Origin: Eutreptiella sp. 'Long Island Sound 2002'
Lineage: Eukaryota > Protista > Euglenida
Direction: 5' to 3'
Assembly: GCA_964036045.1 (NCBI GenBank)
Contig: OZ038378.1
Coordinates: forward strand, 173,290,001 to 173,354,000
Length of the DNA: 64,000 nucleotides
The notes below the pieces were generated by a model that worked only from the letters and a program-made list of their open reading frames with translations, did no database searches and was not told where the DNA came from. Each line of letters starts with the position of its first letter. Position 1 is the stretch's first letter. Shown here in pieces: positions 22,250-36,222 of the stretch. The position numbers and the translations under genes were made by a program.

Positions 22250-23930
22250 CTCAGCGGCTCCGCTGCTTCAGGTATGCAAAACGCGACTGGAAACGATAAA
22301 CAACGGGTATAATATTTGGGCAATATTTCGATTCGCTAAGCATCTGCAATACAGATCGTACGTTTTTCATTGAACTGTTGACTGCAGCCAAGAGGCTTTT
22401 TTTCTGTTTGCTGCGTCGGACTGCATGCGCCCAGCCATCCATCTTTCTGCTGGAAGCCCCATCCCAATTTCAACTCTCCCACCACAAATTGGGCTGCTTT
22501 GCTGGATCCCAGAGATCCCAGAGATGCCAGACAGGACACATTCTTGAGGACACCAAGTGGGCCTTAAGCACTTCTCCGTTGTGGCTAGATATCGGTCCGG
22601 GGTTCAATGGTCTCGTCCGAATGTTGTACCCATAGTGACTTACCTGGCAAGGTCTTGAATTAATGAATCATTTTGCCATCTTTAAACTTTGAACTTCATT
22701 TGACGGATCCGCTTCAAATATTTAGGAAATTCGTGTGCACCAGTGGGCACAAACACTAGAGTGCGGTGTCGAGACGAAACAGGATGTGTTTTGACCTAAT
22801 ATCGCAGTGGCTTTACAATGCAGCCCAGTCCAACAACCACACAAGCACCTAATATCGCAGTGGCTTTACAATGCAGCCCAGTCCAACAACCACACAAGCA
22901 ACAAAGTGCACATCAACGTGATTCTTCAGTGAATGAGACCAAAATGTGCGCGACAACGGTCAAGATGTGGTCATCGAGTGTTCAGTTAGTGTGCAGATGA
23001 TGCGATCTCAACACTTCACAAGCAATTTCAGTCTCAATCAAGGGTAAGCAGTGCTCAGTGGTGTTTGATTCATAGTCATGGGACTTTTTTTTTGGCAAGT
23101 TCTCCATGGTCTCACAAGCAAATGATTTCTTTGCAAGTTTAGTGTTCGTTGTTTGTGTCACGGCTAAGACGCCGTTAGCTTTGCAATAGGCTTCGAAGAT
23201 GTCGTCCACGAGTCCATCTCTTAGGAAGAAATAACTCAGCATTTGCACTTATTTCTCAAGGTTGATACATGCACGATAATGCCGAAGTGGAGATGGGAAG
23301 ATTATAAGAAAGATTTGCCATAGTTAATGAACCTTCAAGTGAAGGAGTACAGAATCATCGAAGGGGAATTCTTCCACAAGGCAGCAGCGGATTTATTGAA
23401 ATCTGAGCGACATATTTGTGTGCTCAGTAATACATCCATTCTTTGGAAAGCACTTTTGGTAGCTTCTTCCACATTGAACGGCTTCATCAAACTTGTTCCG
23501 TGATGAGGAGTCAAATAATCTGCTCTGGGCGCCTGAACAATGATAAACAGCAATAGGCATCTGTGAGAGGAATGCAAACCATCTCTGGGTTTTGGATTCT
23601 CCGGTGGTTCTTTGTCCAGAAATGTCTAGGATTCCTAGGCATCACAAGTCCGGATAATTTTATGCTTGCTCAACAGACATCACCAGACACCCAGCAAGCA
23701 ATTCCTGCTGGAATGTGCTGCAATTCATCTTTGCACCATTGTATTTCTGATTGAAATGGCCAACTGGCACCAAGAAATGGTCACCTGTATAAATTGTTCG
23801 GCAAAATGCCAAAACCCCAGCTTTCAACTTTGCAGCATTTTCAAGAAGTTGGACAAGGTGGAAAATAAGAAAATTGCCGTTGCAGCTTGCAATATTGTCT
23901 ACACATCAAGAAGCGCAAATATCATATGTT
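22250..23930 (-). pseudogene. Decayed coding remnant of unknown origin in the convergent spacer
   Basis: A chain of protein-like minus-strand reading frames broken by stops and frameshifts; no family recognised. Confidence 0.25.
22794..22900. repeat. Perfect 53-bp tandem duplication
   Basis: ACCTAATATCGCAGTGGCTTTACAATGCAGCCCAGTCCAACAACCACACAAGC starts at 22794 and again at 22847. Confidence 0.95.
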
Positions 23931-26900
23931 GTTAACATGTGGTAAAACAAATGGTAGGTGGTGGTTGTTTTAGTTTTGAAGCCAGTGACTACCCGTGGAC
24001 CAATAGAAACACCCACCGGTTGCTTCCCTACCCTCGAAAAAGCTTCTAGGCACCTACCAATCATGATGTGTTAAACCTCACACATACACACACATTACTA
24101 TGTAGCCACTTCTCTGCAAAAAATGCTCAAGAAAATGGTGGCTACGAATTTCATTATGTTCCACCTGGGGTGCTTGTCATGCTCACCCAGATCCATACCA
24201 CTAGACTATTTGCTCCCGCCCTGCGCCACCACATGAGTCATCCATCATTCTAGGGGCCAACTACGAGATGCGGCAGATTTTCATCCCATTACCTAGTTCC
24301 TTTTGGACTCTTGTGGACCCTCATTCATGTGCTATATGCTGCCACCGCCTGCCATGCTCTCTCCAAAGATCCATCCAATATTCGCTTTCCCCCCCATCCA
24401 TTTGCAACCACCCTAACAATATAATCTCATGAAGACATCACCGCCACCACCACCATGGTGCAAGCACCCATGCACCTTCAAAACACACACCTCCCCCCTG
24501 CAAGTCAACAGAATCATTCCTCTAAACTAAAGGAATCCCCGTAGGAAATCCTATATGGGCTGAAATGACCATTGCTTCAAATAGCCATTCTGTTTTCCTA
24601 AGCTTGAAGTAAATGCATGCAAACTTGTTCACTTTGGCATGATGAATTTCCTCATTGCGGGAGCCGAGCTGGGAGGAGTGTGTGTGCCACACACACCTAT
24701 TACTTTTTGGGGTAGTTATCTCAAGAATAGCCAAATTTTCACATGATTTTCCACCGGGTTTACACTGTTTCGGCTCCTGGTGGGTTGCCCCATGACTGAA
24801 TACTGTGGTTCAGTAGACCCTGTGGTCTCTAGAGACCTCTTCTTGTCGCTGATAGCGATTGGACTCCCCTAAGTGCAGTCGACAGCAGATGTGCACACAA
24901 AAAGGTCACACAAAACAAACAGCAACAAACTGTAGACAGTGTCATGCAAAGATAGACGCCAAAGCAATCCACCTCATTTTCACTACATCGATTCGAAATG
25001 ACATGGACCATTCTCCAGAGATGCCTCACAATTCACCCGCGCTCTTTGTTCATGTGGGCCACATACATGTGCCCAAATTGACAACACAATTACAAATGCA
25101 AAGGCAGTCCCATGTTGGTTCCGTGTTTCATCCTCTAGCCCAATAATGTCATATGTTATTGACAAGATGATCTGGCTTTGCACGAATAGAACCGACAAAT
25201 TGTGATTTGTGACTATCATAGATTATTTGGGAAACATGAAATGGGCAAAAAAGCTAATGCTTTTGCAATCATTTTTGCACCTTTGGGCCAACCTGCACTC
25301 CGAGTTGTGCAGCAAAACTCTGTCTGCGTGCTTGTGAATGCTATATATCTCCCCCGAAGATCAAAGAGATGGTGGAGGCAATTGAGTCATCAAAAATGTG
25401 ACAAATGTAGGATGGACATGATCATCATCATGGTCATCATCATGCACCATTATCATGATCGACACAATGCAATTGCAAAAATTTTTAGAAAAATTCTCAC
25501 AGTCCAATTTCAACCCAATGATGTCATGTACAAATTAAAACCATATTGTGCATATTTTTTGACCGTAAGATAGCTCCAGATTTTACACCGATTTGTCGCG
25601 ATTTGACTGGACTTGGCTGATTTCAGTCGGATCTGAGTGCTTTTCATATCGTTACAGTGTTTTTGTTATTTGTATGCGAGAGATACAATGCCTGCGACCT
25701 AGCATCTCTATCTATCTAATGCGCAATCGATTGATGGTGAATTCATTGCAATTGTTACCATTTCTTACGAATTTGGCAATGAATCTGTATTTTTATGAAC
25801 GCATTGCATTGGCCTATATTTTTGGTCTTCATCATGAATATGGAGGGACCAAGAAACACAGCTAATGTCGTGCAACTTCATTGGGTGTTGTGCTACTTAG
25901 TAGAATATTGGGCAACATCAGCTAGGCTAGGATTTATTGGTGTTCTAAACTGCTACATGGAATATTCCTAGGCTACGTCTCAGAAATGTGTATTTTTAAC
26001 AGTGCGACAGGACTATAGTGCTCACAACGTGTCTTGTTGATCCTCTTTGTAGTCAAAATCAGCTGCTACATGCACATATGTGTTGTCATTCCAGATTCAT
26101 ACTCACACTTTGCAAAGATGTCGTATAGCACAAGACTGCACAACATATGGTCAACCAACCCGTAAAAAGGGTATAAATTGAGCCACTACGGGGTTGCACT
26201 TGCTCACCATGGCCCTTCGTAGAAACCAGAAGGTTCCTATAAAATAGTGAAAAAAAACTCTCCCTCTACCCCCCCCTCTCTCTGCTCTTTGTAAACAAAG
26301 TTTTTGCAACTTCTGCCAAAAAAAGTGCACCCAAATCATGCCAATTTTTTTTTTGTCATTTGTTTCTATACCCCAGCTATACCAACCAACAAAGTGCATT
26401 CGTCTTGCACAAAAATAGAGTACACAACATACATTTCTTTTCATAGGCAACCTACACTTTCTTCCGCTGGTGTGGGAGGCATGGCAAGGGGTGGAAGAAG
26501 CATCATTTTTGAATGATGTCAAAATCAAAACCGCAACATTCCATGCACCGGGACTATCCATGGAGTAGCCCGTACCCCACCCAGTGCACAATAATGACAT
26601 AGTCTTGGTAGGTCCACTACATGCGATCTGCCACGAGCAATAGGGGCCGGACGACCGAGTGAAATGCCCTTCAAGCCTCAGACCAAAGCAAACCGGAGTT
26701 TTGGAGCAGCCTTTTGGCTGCTTATCCTAAGCTCAAAAAGTTCTTGGTGCATGGGTGTAAGCTACTTGTCTACATACACGTAGCTGCTTGCTACTAGTTG
26801 GCCAAAAGTCAATAGGGGCATTTCTCTGGAGCATATCGTCGTGAGCACCCAACGGCTATTGCGAGCCCATCCAACACGTGACAAAACGGCTTCTAATTGA

Positions 26901-29488
26901 AATTTTTTGCTTCATTGCAACTTTTTGGTATGCGTTCCCCATGAATGTTGAGGACCATGTCAGTGCAAATCACCTCCAAGCGGTGAGACCAAAACTGCAT
27001 GTACATGCTTTTTCTGCTGTGGGTGCTAACCTTGGGCGCCAAAGTATGACGAAGACTATCTGTTGGCAGTATGGATGTATGGCTGCCTAGGAGATGGGTC
27101 AGCTTCAATAAAAGCATCATCAATATATCTGTGGCATGCATCTATTTTTGAGTTGAATCTGTTCTAGACTTATACTAAAGCATGCTTACACTATGGACAT
27201 CGCCACGGACAACATACGTACAATGACAGCAAAAATGTCAAGATAATTCCATGAACCTCTGGGCACTGAGAATTTCGATGCGTGTATCACTGATTGCTTT
27301 CACTAACAAATTTTCATGCTCCTTCTTATGTTTTTTCCAGCTATGCATTGATTCACTCATGACAACAAGGTCGTAATGTTGCACATGGGCCTGACAGGTG
27401 GGTAAAGCCGAGTACATGGGCAATAGTCACATGAATCACTGCAACACCTCTGATCGATTTGTGGTGCGACCATTTGCCCTTCAGTTCCAGAGTTTGCCGT
27501 ACTGTTCCACAAAATTTGAAAAATGTAAAATTTCGCAGACTTTGGAGTGGGAAAGCACTGGCAGCCTGTAAAAACTGTGACAAAACACTGCGTGTCGCAT
27601 CAAACCGTCAAAATTAAAGCATCACATTGAACAGAAAGACAGATAGCCGTCCCAATCTCCTAACCGTATTTTTTTTCATGTGCCTTGGAACAATCAATGC
27701 AAACAACTTACTTCCAACAAACTCAAACCACTGCATAGGCCGGTGATTAATTTAGTCTGGGCACGGGGCGGGGTGAGTGGGGGGGGGCTTAGAACACCTC
27801 CCATTTGTTGGGAAAAAGGGCTCCAAAGGTCACGAGCTTATTTCCTGAAAAGTATGCATAAATTGTGGTAAAATGCAACCTGAGCATTTGTTTCTACAAG
27901 GTTTCTCGAATGGTACATAAAGAACAATGCATGAGTGTGTGGCAGCTGTGCAAAGGGTAAAACGAGTGGTTGGCCTCCAAAGTGATGCCCCAAGTCCCGT
28001 TGGCTCAGCACCACTGGCCCGACCAGCTCTTCAAGGGTTGTCTTGATTCACTGGACCATACAACCTGCTCTCACAGGTCTACTCAAAGCTGGTTTGCTCT
28101 GGGGCTGCCCCCTCCTGGAACCCGCAAAGCAGGCCAAGCCCCAGGTTTTTGAGCGGGGACTCACACAAAAGGGGCTTCGAGAATTAGGCTCCACGCATGC
28201 AAGGGGTTGGAAGTGGCCCTGCACCACCCTCATGGCCTCGGCTCCAGAGGCCACGTTGAGGGTTGGCCGAGTCTGTGGACAAATGTGCTCTAGGGCAGCT
28301 TGAATCATGCCATACAGGATTCCATTCACTAGTCCTGACGCCATCGCCCCCCCCCCCCCGCCCGCCCCAATGCATTTGGTCACCTTTGTGCGTTAAACAC
28401 AGCTGCACCAACAAACCGCTCCCTTGACTGCGCCTACGGATTGGCCAATATACGTGCTGTCACGTCACAGCACGATGTGCAGTTTTCCCTGCACAGTCAT
28501 GGTGCTCACATTGGCGGCCTCCCCTCTCCCTGCAGTACACGAAAATGATAGCGCCGCTGGTATGGTGGTTCTAGCACCCTGTCTGCAGCATGGAAGCAAG
28601 TTCACACCCCAAGACGGGCGACTACTGGAGCGATGTTGAGGGCCGAGCTTGGGGTCAACACAAGACAGCTAAACCCCACCATGTTGCGAGTTGGCACAAA
28701 GAACCCAAAATGCCATGAAGTAGGACCAACCACCAAGGCAAGCCAGGTTTGCATGGTATGAGTGGTGTGCATGGTTGTTGGGGTTTGCATGGTGTGTCGT
28801 GTGCGGAGGTGTGATGTGCATGGGGTATGTGGTGTGTGGGGTTAGTGCGGTTTAGATGGTGTGTGTGTGGCTGTGTGATCAGGTGCAGAGCCCATGGCAT
28901 TCCCGGTGGCAACATCAGGACCGACATGAAAGCTCACACACCAGGAGTCAGGCCTTGGGAGCCCCGATACCCGTGCTCATGCCTGTTCAGAGAAAGGGGA
29001 GACAGCCTGGGTGAGGGAGTGGGGAGGGGGGCATGGCCATGATGGTCACCCTCTCAAACACAGCCACGTGTGTGTGAAACCGAAAGTACGAGCTGGCGAA
29101 CCTACTGCTCTGTGTTACAACTTCCCCCATCGCTGATGGAGAGTATTGTCCAGACTTCATGGCAGGGGAATGACTGAATGCGAAGCCTGACAGCGCTGGA
29201 GGGCCATGCACCACGGGGGCAGCAGGCTGCAAACGTGAGCATGTGAGCAGCGGGGCAGGAAATCCACTCCCACCCATAAATCTGCATCCCCCCGCCCCCC
29301 CTTCCCACACATCGCCCCCTCCCCGCATACACTCCCCACCCAGAACGGACCTCGCTCGACCCACAGGCATGTCACACAAAGACATAACAATGGACACAGA
29401 ATGTGCTACATAATACAGCCTTCATGCCCCCCCCCCCCCCCGCGGACAGCCGGCTGCATGTGGCATACGGAGCGACCCCACCTCAAGC

Positions 29489-29770
29489 TCACATCAGCTT
29501 TCGGATGTCCTCCACAATCTCCGCAGCTGTGGGCCGTCGGAGACGGTTGTTCTGCATGCAGCGGTCTGCCACTGCCCCAAGCGCTGGGGCGCTGAGTGCC
29601 AGGGGCCGCAGGAACAGCATGCCCAGAGTATACACCATCGAGGGGCTTGCGGCGCCGTAGCACTTGTGGGTCTTCCGGTCGCAGTCCTCGTCCGGGGACA
29701 TGCCATTTGGGTGGTTGGGGTTCGCCAGGCAGTCCTTCTTCACGCGGCAGGGCTTGTTGCCCATCCAGCC
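29489..29770 (-). CDS. PKDCC/POMK-like kinase, exon 5 (Cys-rich insert and C-lobe)
   Basis: CCTAG|GGC phase-0 acceptor; GWMGNKPCRVKKDC...DEDCDRKTHKCYG...MVYTLGMLFLRPL...RCMQNNRLRRPTAAEIVEDIRKLM*. Confidence 0.8.
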   Translation of the reverse strand, partial: GWMGNKPCRVKKDCLANPNHPNGMSPDEDCDRKTHKCYGAASPSMVYTLGMLFLRPLALSAPALGAVADRCMQNNRLRRPTAAEIVEDIRKLM

Positions 29771-29930
29771 CTAGGACAGCAGCATCCGCGGGCATCAACA
29801 AGCAGCGGCCACACCAGACATGCCACAGGGGTCCGGCAGGGAAGCCAGGCGTGATTACACCCTGGCAACCTACAGGATTCTCCCCCCCCCCCCTTCCCCA
29901 AGGATGTATTAGAAGGAGGGGGGAAGGGGG

Positions 29931-30193
29931 GGGGGGTTGGCACAAGGCCTCGGTATTAGGTTGTTTGCCCCTGGCGGTGCCTATTGGCCTCTCGCCATTG
30001 CTCATTCTGACCCTCTGTGGGCCCGAATGTGTTTTGGTCGTGTCAACGGAGCCCCAAGGTCTGTCCCGGAGACGGGCTGTTGCCCGTGCCGTTGACCAGG
30101 TGCATCCAGATGCACACTCCGAGTCCATGCTGGGTTTGCTGACTCCAGCACTGACCTGTGCGCGCTGGGGTGTGCATCTGCAGGATAATTTTC
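29931..30193 (+). repeat. Dispersed repeat family B copy
   Basis: Gn-TTGGCACAAGGCCTCGGTATTAGG...CAGGATAATTTTC; further copies at 33014-33312 (+) and 63894-64000 (-). Confidence 0.9.
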
Positions 30194-30489
30194 TTGACAA
30201 GGGCTTCTAACAACCACAATGATTCTTTCCCTCTTGTCCTCTCCTTCTCCTCTTTCTGCGCTCTGCACCATTTTCGGCGAGCGCGGTCTGCCCTTGGGGA
30301 GGGGGGGGGGTTGGGACCCAAACATTTGTGTACCAACAATGGCCCAACCAGATTTTTCCAATGGTAAAATTCGGTTTTTCCCGCGATGGCCACTTTGGTG
30401 TGTGGAGGGGGTGGTCTAGGGGAGGTTGGGGGGGGGTACCCCCCCCCCCCCCTCCTTCTGTGGTGTGCGGCCATTCTAATACTTCCCTG

Positions 30490-31273
30490 CCCCCCTGTGT
30501 GACATTCCGTCTGGTTGCTGTTCCTTTACAGGGCCCTGGACAGTCACCCGTTCTTCCCTTCGCATGTTGCGTCGGGTTGCTGCTTTCTGTCGGCCGCTGC
30601 GGCCGGTGCTCTTGCTGGTTTCGTTTCCGCGTTCGTGGAGCCCAGTAGTTGGTGTGTTGGGGCTGTGCTGAATGTGGCATGGTGTGCCGTTTGCGCGTCA
30701 GCGGCGCCCAGTAGTTGGCATATTGAGGATGTGCTGGCTGTTGCGGGGGTCGTTTGACTGTTTTTGCTGTCCACGCGCCTCTGTCCACAGGCCGTCCATA
30801 GCCTGCCTCGCTGTGTTTCTGTGTGTGTGAGGCCCAGGTGCCCTGTTCCTCCACGCATTGTCCCGGCCGTCCACCATATGTCCTTTTCCCCCTCACGGCT
30901 GGTCTGCCCCTGATGGGCTCCCGCTCCTATTGCGCAAACAGCCCATCTGGGCTGCGGGAGACAGCCCCCACCTGATGCCGGTTGAGCAGGGGTTGCCCTG
31001 GCATCCGGTAGCGACGGGGCTGGCTGGCCAAGCCATCCCCTTTATTGTTGCTGCCTCCCATGCGCACGCTCTGCCATCCGCTCCATTCTGGTTCCCTGTT
31101 CCCGCTGTTCTGGTTGCCTCTCCTGCCTTGCTGTGCCCCTCCTCCTTGTTTGCTGTGCTCGCCCGTGTCCCTCCTGGTGTGGCTCCCGCGTTCTGTGTGT
31201 CTGTGTTGCTCCTCCCCCTGTCTTTTGGCGCTGCTGGGTGCCCCTGTCGCGCACCCCCTCCTGTCCCACCCGC
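30490..31273 (-). repeat. Repeat family A, long copy (kinase intron 4)
   Basis: Reverse complement of 36223-37028 with high identity; translations of the two copies are nearly identical. Confidence 0.92.
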
Positions 31274-31896
31274 CTGCCCCCCCGTACGAGGGTTTCACAT
31301 CTCCATTCGACGTGGACTGTCCCGTGCACGGTTGGCTGGTCACGGCCCTGTTGCCACCCCTGTGGCGGGCACCTCCCGGCGCGCGGGGCGCAGCCCCCGC
31401 CCTTGTGGAGTATGTGGGCACCTTGTCGGGGGAGGGGGGGTGTTTGGTGACGGCTCGCTCGGCGTGCGCTGCATTTGGTGGTTGCTGCTGTGCTTGCACC
31501 TCCTGGTTCCCTTGTGTGTTGTTGTGTGTCCTGTTGGGGCTCGTCTCACTGCCCCCCCCCCCCCCTGGTCTACATGGGGTTTAGAGCTGTGGGCTCGGGT
31601 CCGAATACTGCCACCCGTGGCGAAGGGGGCTGTGTTGTTGGGGCGGCGGCAGAGTGGGCATAAGCCGAAGAGGTCTAAAATATATATTCCAAAGGTGTGC
31701 AGGTGTGTGCCCCCAGGCACCACATGGAGCGCACTTCCCTCTGAAGAACACAATGCAACAGCACTCACATGGTCTTGCGTGCCCACAGAGCGGAGAGGCA
31801 AATCTTTACCAGTTGATAGATGGGCTGTGTGACTGCCCTCAACATTGCAGCACGGGTGCACCCGATGGAGGGGAGGCATGAGCACAGAGTAAAGCC

Positions 31897-32292
31897 GCCC
31901 CCCCCCCCGCTGTATAAGAGCATGCGCATGTTCTTATTTTTTAGCGTGTTCTTATTTTTTGTGTGTTCTTATTTGGAAGACCCCCTGTGCAGTGTTCCCG
32001 CCCTCTCCGTTTACAGAAATGTGGCACAGGCAAATGTTGTTGGCCCCTCTTTTTGGTTTGATCATATTGTGGCTGCCAGAGATGAGGATGAGGCAATTGC
32101 GGATGATTGCTATGAGGCAAGCGTCAGACTAAAAAACAAAATTCCTGGTATGCCAGCAGGGGCTGGTAGGTGCAGAAATTGGGACCCTGGGACCCTGAGG
32201 CCAGCTGCGTGTTCTTATTATTTTGGACTAACTAATAAGAGCACACATGCGTGTTCTTATTTTGACCGCGTATTCTTATGCGGGGGGGGGGG
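31897..32292. mobile_element. MITE with poly-C/poly-G termini and reiterated subterminal motif
   Basis: Cn-GCTGTATAAGAGCATGCG ... CGCGTATTCTTATGC-Gn, with about 8 copies of (GTG)TTCTTATT in both orientations near the two ends. The TIR resembles that of the pogo-like family (Cn-..TGTATAAG). Confidence 0.7.
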
Positions 32293-33013
32293 TTTAGGGT
32301 ATACCGGCATGGATTTGGGGTTTAAAGGGGTTTGTGCCCAGTACACGGGCACCAACGCCCACCACCTCTGACAGCCACACTACCATCCGCTCTACGAAGC
32401 AGTAGTAACAGGTGACACACAACAGACACCCCCTCCTACAGCAGTAGCCCCACGACTAGACATATCCATAGACAAGAGCAACACCAGCCGACAGCAGTCA
32501 CACATCAATGAGCAGCGGCCACAGCAGTCATGTCATAAGGGTCTGGCCTATGGCCTCCCCAGATGGCCTCGCGGCAAGGGCTTGGGCGGTCGGCCTGGAC
32601 ACTCTGGCACTGGGTCACCTCAGGCTCCCATTGGCGAGTCGGGAGATGGCAGCTTGCCCATGCTCCCTGCCCCCCTCCGCCCCTGTTCACTCCTGTTGGT
32701 ACTCGACCTTGCGCTCTCGGTTGTGGTGATCTGTGTTGTAGTCTCCTGCAGTACTGACATGCTGTCCTTTGCTGGCGTGTGGACGTGTGTTCACTCTTTT
32801 GACCCATTTTGGCGTGTTGGCTTGTGTCTTTGGCCCGTGTGTTGTGTCAGCCTGTGTTTCGGTGCCGGCCTGTGTTGACGCGTTGGTCGCTGTTGACGTG
32901 TCGGCCTCTGTGGACGTGTTCGTCAACAGAGATGAACACTACGACATAAGCCAACATAAGTCAACTGGCGGTGCTGGAGCAATGTGGAGCTCTTCTCTGA
33001 GTCCCCTCGCGCT

Positions 33014-33312
33014 GGGGGGGGGGGTTGGCACAAGGCCTCGGTATTAGGTTGTTTGCTTCTGGCGGTGCCTATTGGCCTCTCCCCACTGTTCATTCTGACC
33101 CTCTGTGGGCCCGAACATGTTTTGGTTGTGTCAACAGAGCCCCTGGATGACTTGTCCTGTTTGACTACTGCAGGGTCGGCTGTCCCGGAGACGGGCTGTT
33201 TCCCGTGCCGTTGACCAGGTGCATCCAGATGCACACTCCGAGTCCATGCGGGGTTTGCCGACTCCAGCACTGACCTGTGCGCGCTGGGGTGTGCAGCTGC
33301 AGGATAATTTTC
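33014..33312 (+). repeat. Repeat family B copy (about 30 bp longer internally than the 29931 copy)
   Basis: Direct alignment to 29931-30193. Confidence 0.9.
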
Positions 33313-33579
33313 CTGACGGGGGGGGTGGGGTGCCATAAAAGCTGAGTATGTGTGCGGTTTGGGTTTTCAGTTTTCGTACGAGTGGGGGGCACGCCGTGCT
33401 TCCATTTCTGTGGGCGTGCGGTTGCTCCGCACAATGCGGCTTCGTCACGCTGCACACAACCCCGACCCCATTCAACCATCCAGCCCCCCCCCACCCCCCC
33501 GCCACATCTCTCTGTGCCTCCGGTGTGCGTCGCAGGCGGTCCGGGCGGTACCGAATGGCACACAGGCGGCAGGGCAGAC

Positions 33580-33634
33580 CTTGTGGTTCTTGGGGTAGAA
33601 CTGCAGCCCCTCGATATCCACGAGCTCTATGGAC
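33580..33634 (-). CDS. PKDCC/POMK-like kinase, exon 4 (55-nt microexon with the DFG-equivalent)
   Basis: GCAG|GTCC phase-2 acceptor; (W)SIELVDIEGLQFYPKNHK; phase-0 donor AAG|GTCTGC. It links exons 3 and 5 in frame. Confidence 0.75.
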
Positions 33635-36222
33635 CTGCAGTGCGGAGCACACGAGGCGGCTTCCCCTGTCCCCAATCCCCCCGTGCTCATGCAAAGTGAG
33701 CATGTGCAACAGTTCAAAGTGTGTTATTCTCGTACCCAGAAGTTCTTCACCGTTCCTTTGGATCCTCAATGGCATTAGTGTTGAATGAAACACATTGGCA
33801 CCGCATCAATGCGAAAGTCGCTTCACACGTGTTCTCTTTGCTTGCATCGGTGGAGAGTACCACAGTTTGCCTTGAAATACCCTTGCAATCCCCCCCCCCA
33901 CTGTGCCCCCGCCCCCGCCCCTGTCCCTAATCCCCACTGTGCCCCCGCCCCAGGGCTGTGAAGTGGCTGGGCAGCGGCATTGGGGCAAACGGCTCCTGCT
34001 GAGCACCATAGCAGCAGCACACCATTTTGGCGAGTACAAATGCAGTTGGCAGGGGTTGGGGGCGCGGACAACTGCCATTTTGGGTGTGGAGGGCGGTTGT
34101 GCCGGGAGGCCCCCCCCTCCCCGCCTTCAAGCGATTCCCTCCCTTTTTCCCATTTTTTTGTCCGGTCCGAAGCCCGGCGTGCGCGCACACACGCCCGGTT
34201 ACTCCGGGTGGCCTCTCCTGATTTGGTTTGTTTGTATTTGTATTCACTGCGACCACCGCGCCAAGGGCAAGCCCAAGCCCCAAAGATGTGGTGATTGCCT
34301 CCACAAACAATGAAGATGATTCGGTGTCCATCATCATCGCCGCGCAGGATGCGCTTGTCCCATGGATTGACAACGTTGTGTGGCGGTGTAGAAACGGAGG
34401 GCGTCTGGTAAGTGCGGGGGGCAAACGGTGCGGATAGAACCTCCTGAAAACTGACCTTGATTGGCAAAACCGTCGATCAAGAGCTTCAGAACTGGTGCCC
34501 TACGAGGAAACCCCCCGTGGCACATTGTTTTGTGCATCTGGCATCCTCCTGGGTGCCGTCACGGAGGAGACCCCAGCCCCGCACACCCAGAACACAATAT
34601 GGCTGCTCCAAGAGGGAGACGTACCCCTGGGGGCCTCCTCGCCAGCGGTGCCCCAAACACGCCGCTTAGCATGGCCCACGCCTGCCCATCCTCTATGCGG
34701 GCAGTGCTAAGCGGTGCGCCCTGGGCAAGGATCTGCCTGCCGCGGGGTCACTGATGGGCATGCGTCGGAGTGTGGGCATGACCTCTGGACTCCGTCGCGC
34801 CATTTTTTTTTTCAGCGACTTGCAAATGGCCCTGTTGAGCCCCTTTTCCGGACCGCGGCCTCCAGGATGCGCTTGAGGGCGAGGGAGGCTAAAAGGGGTT
34901 TTCAAAAGCCATTGCAGAAGCGGTTACTAGCGTTTGGAAAAGCGGTTGGGGGATGAAGTCTGGGGGCTACAATGGTCGGTACGCCGTTGGTGGTGGACAG
35001 AAGCAGTTGGACCGGAGCGATCTGTCACTTCAAAGGGGGTTTGTAAGGCTACGTGTACGCACCGTTCTGAGTTTTCAGTGGTAAATTCGGTATGTTGCGT
35101 GCCCCAAACCGCCGGGGAAACGTATTTGTAGTGGGGGAGAGTGGGGCAGTTGTCCCTCTGCTCACAAGTGCTGCTACGGCCCCTTGGCATCGCTCCCACG
35201 CCGGCGCCGGCGATGCTTCACATTCGGTCATTCCCTTGACTGTGAACTTCGGAGGGTGCTCTCCACCGCCGATGTTGGAAATGTAGCACAGGGCCAGGGG
35301 GTCCCGGGGTCATTCATCAGCGGTGCACTGCATTTCCGGGCATTTTGCCCCTTTGTTGGAGCATGCACCCACACCCAGGGCATCGCCTCTGCCCTACGGC
35401 GGGCTGATACCTGCGTGTGGGTACGCGGCGGGGGGGTGGTCACTTCAAGGGGGTGGGTAACCCCCCCCCCCCCCCGTCAAGCGCACGCCTGTCCAGCCCC
35501 CCCGACGGTGCTGCGTCACCTTCAGGACACCAACTCCACTGGGGCACGACAGGGATGGGGTCCGCCTCTTCGTCGCTGGTCCACAACCTCCATTTGGGCG
35601 GTTTGGAAATATGAACACCCACTGACTACTCCAGGGCAAGAGGCGAAACACGTGCAGTGCGCAGGGGTGGAGGGAGCCCACAGGTTCTGTTCCAGACACC
35701 CGCCCTCCCACGCAGCACCACGGCGCTGGTTGGCTCAGTAGCACAGCAGGCGGCACGACGTGCGAGTGAGAGAGGGAGCGGTGCTCGCAACACCGCCCGC
35801 CTGCGAAGCGGGATATGCATCGTATGCCGCACCCCCCGCATCGGCGGTGGTGGGGGGCAGGGGATGATTGCATGTGAGGCCTGTCAGGTCTGCGATGGTG
35901 CGGATGCCGCAAGCCGGGAGTTTTCCAATCCATCCCCCCGCTCCACTTACCCCAACCCTCCCAACCCCAACTCGACCCGCCACACAACAGAGACGGCACT
36001 GGACACGGTCGTACCCGACACGGCACCCGACCAGCCCTTGTGCCACAGCCCCTGACGACAAATGTACCCGGTGCACGGCTCCCCTCGCCCTCAGTGTCGG
36101 GGCCAAGCCTTTTCTTAGCCACCGGGGGGGGGGGGGCGTGAAATGAAGCTGGCAGGCACCCACTCCGAGTGAGGCAGGCGTCATTGGGCCGGCCCTCACA
36201 GAAGAGGCGGGGGGGTCAGCCA

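Noticed and set aside
22794-22900. Possible CRISPR array (also the reiterated TTCTTATT motifs at 31.9-32.3 kb)
   Set aside because: Only two abutting copies with no spacers; the other is a MITE subterminal motif; no cas genes and a eukaryotic context.
30858-31832. 324-aa and related ORFs in repeat family A copies
   Set aside because: Stop-poor repeat sequence, open in several frames, with no domain signature.
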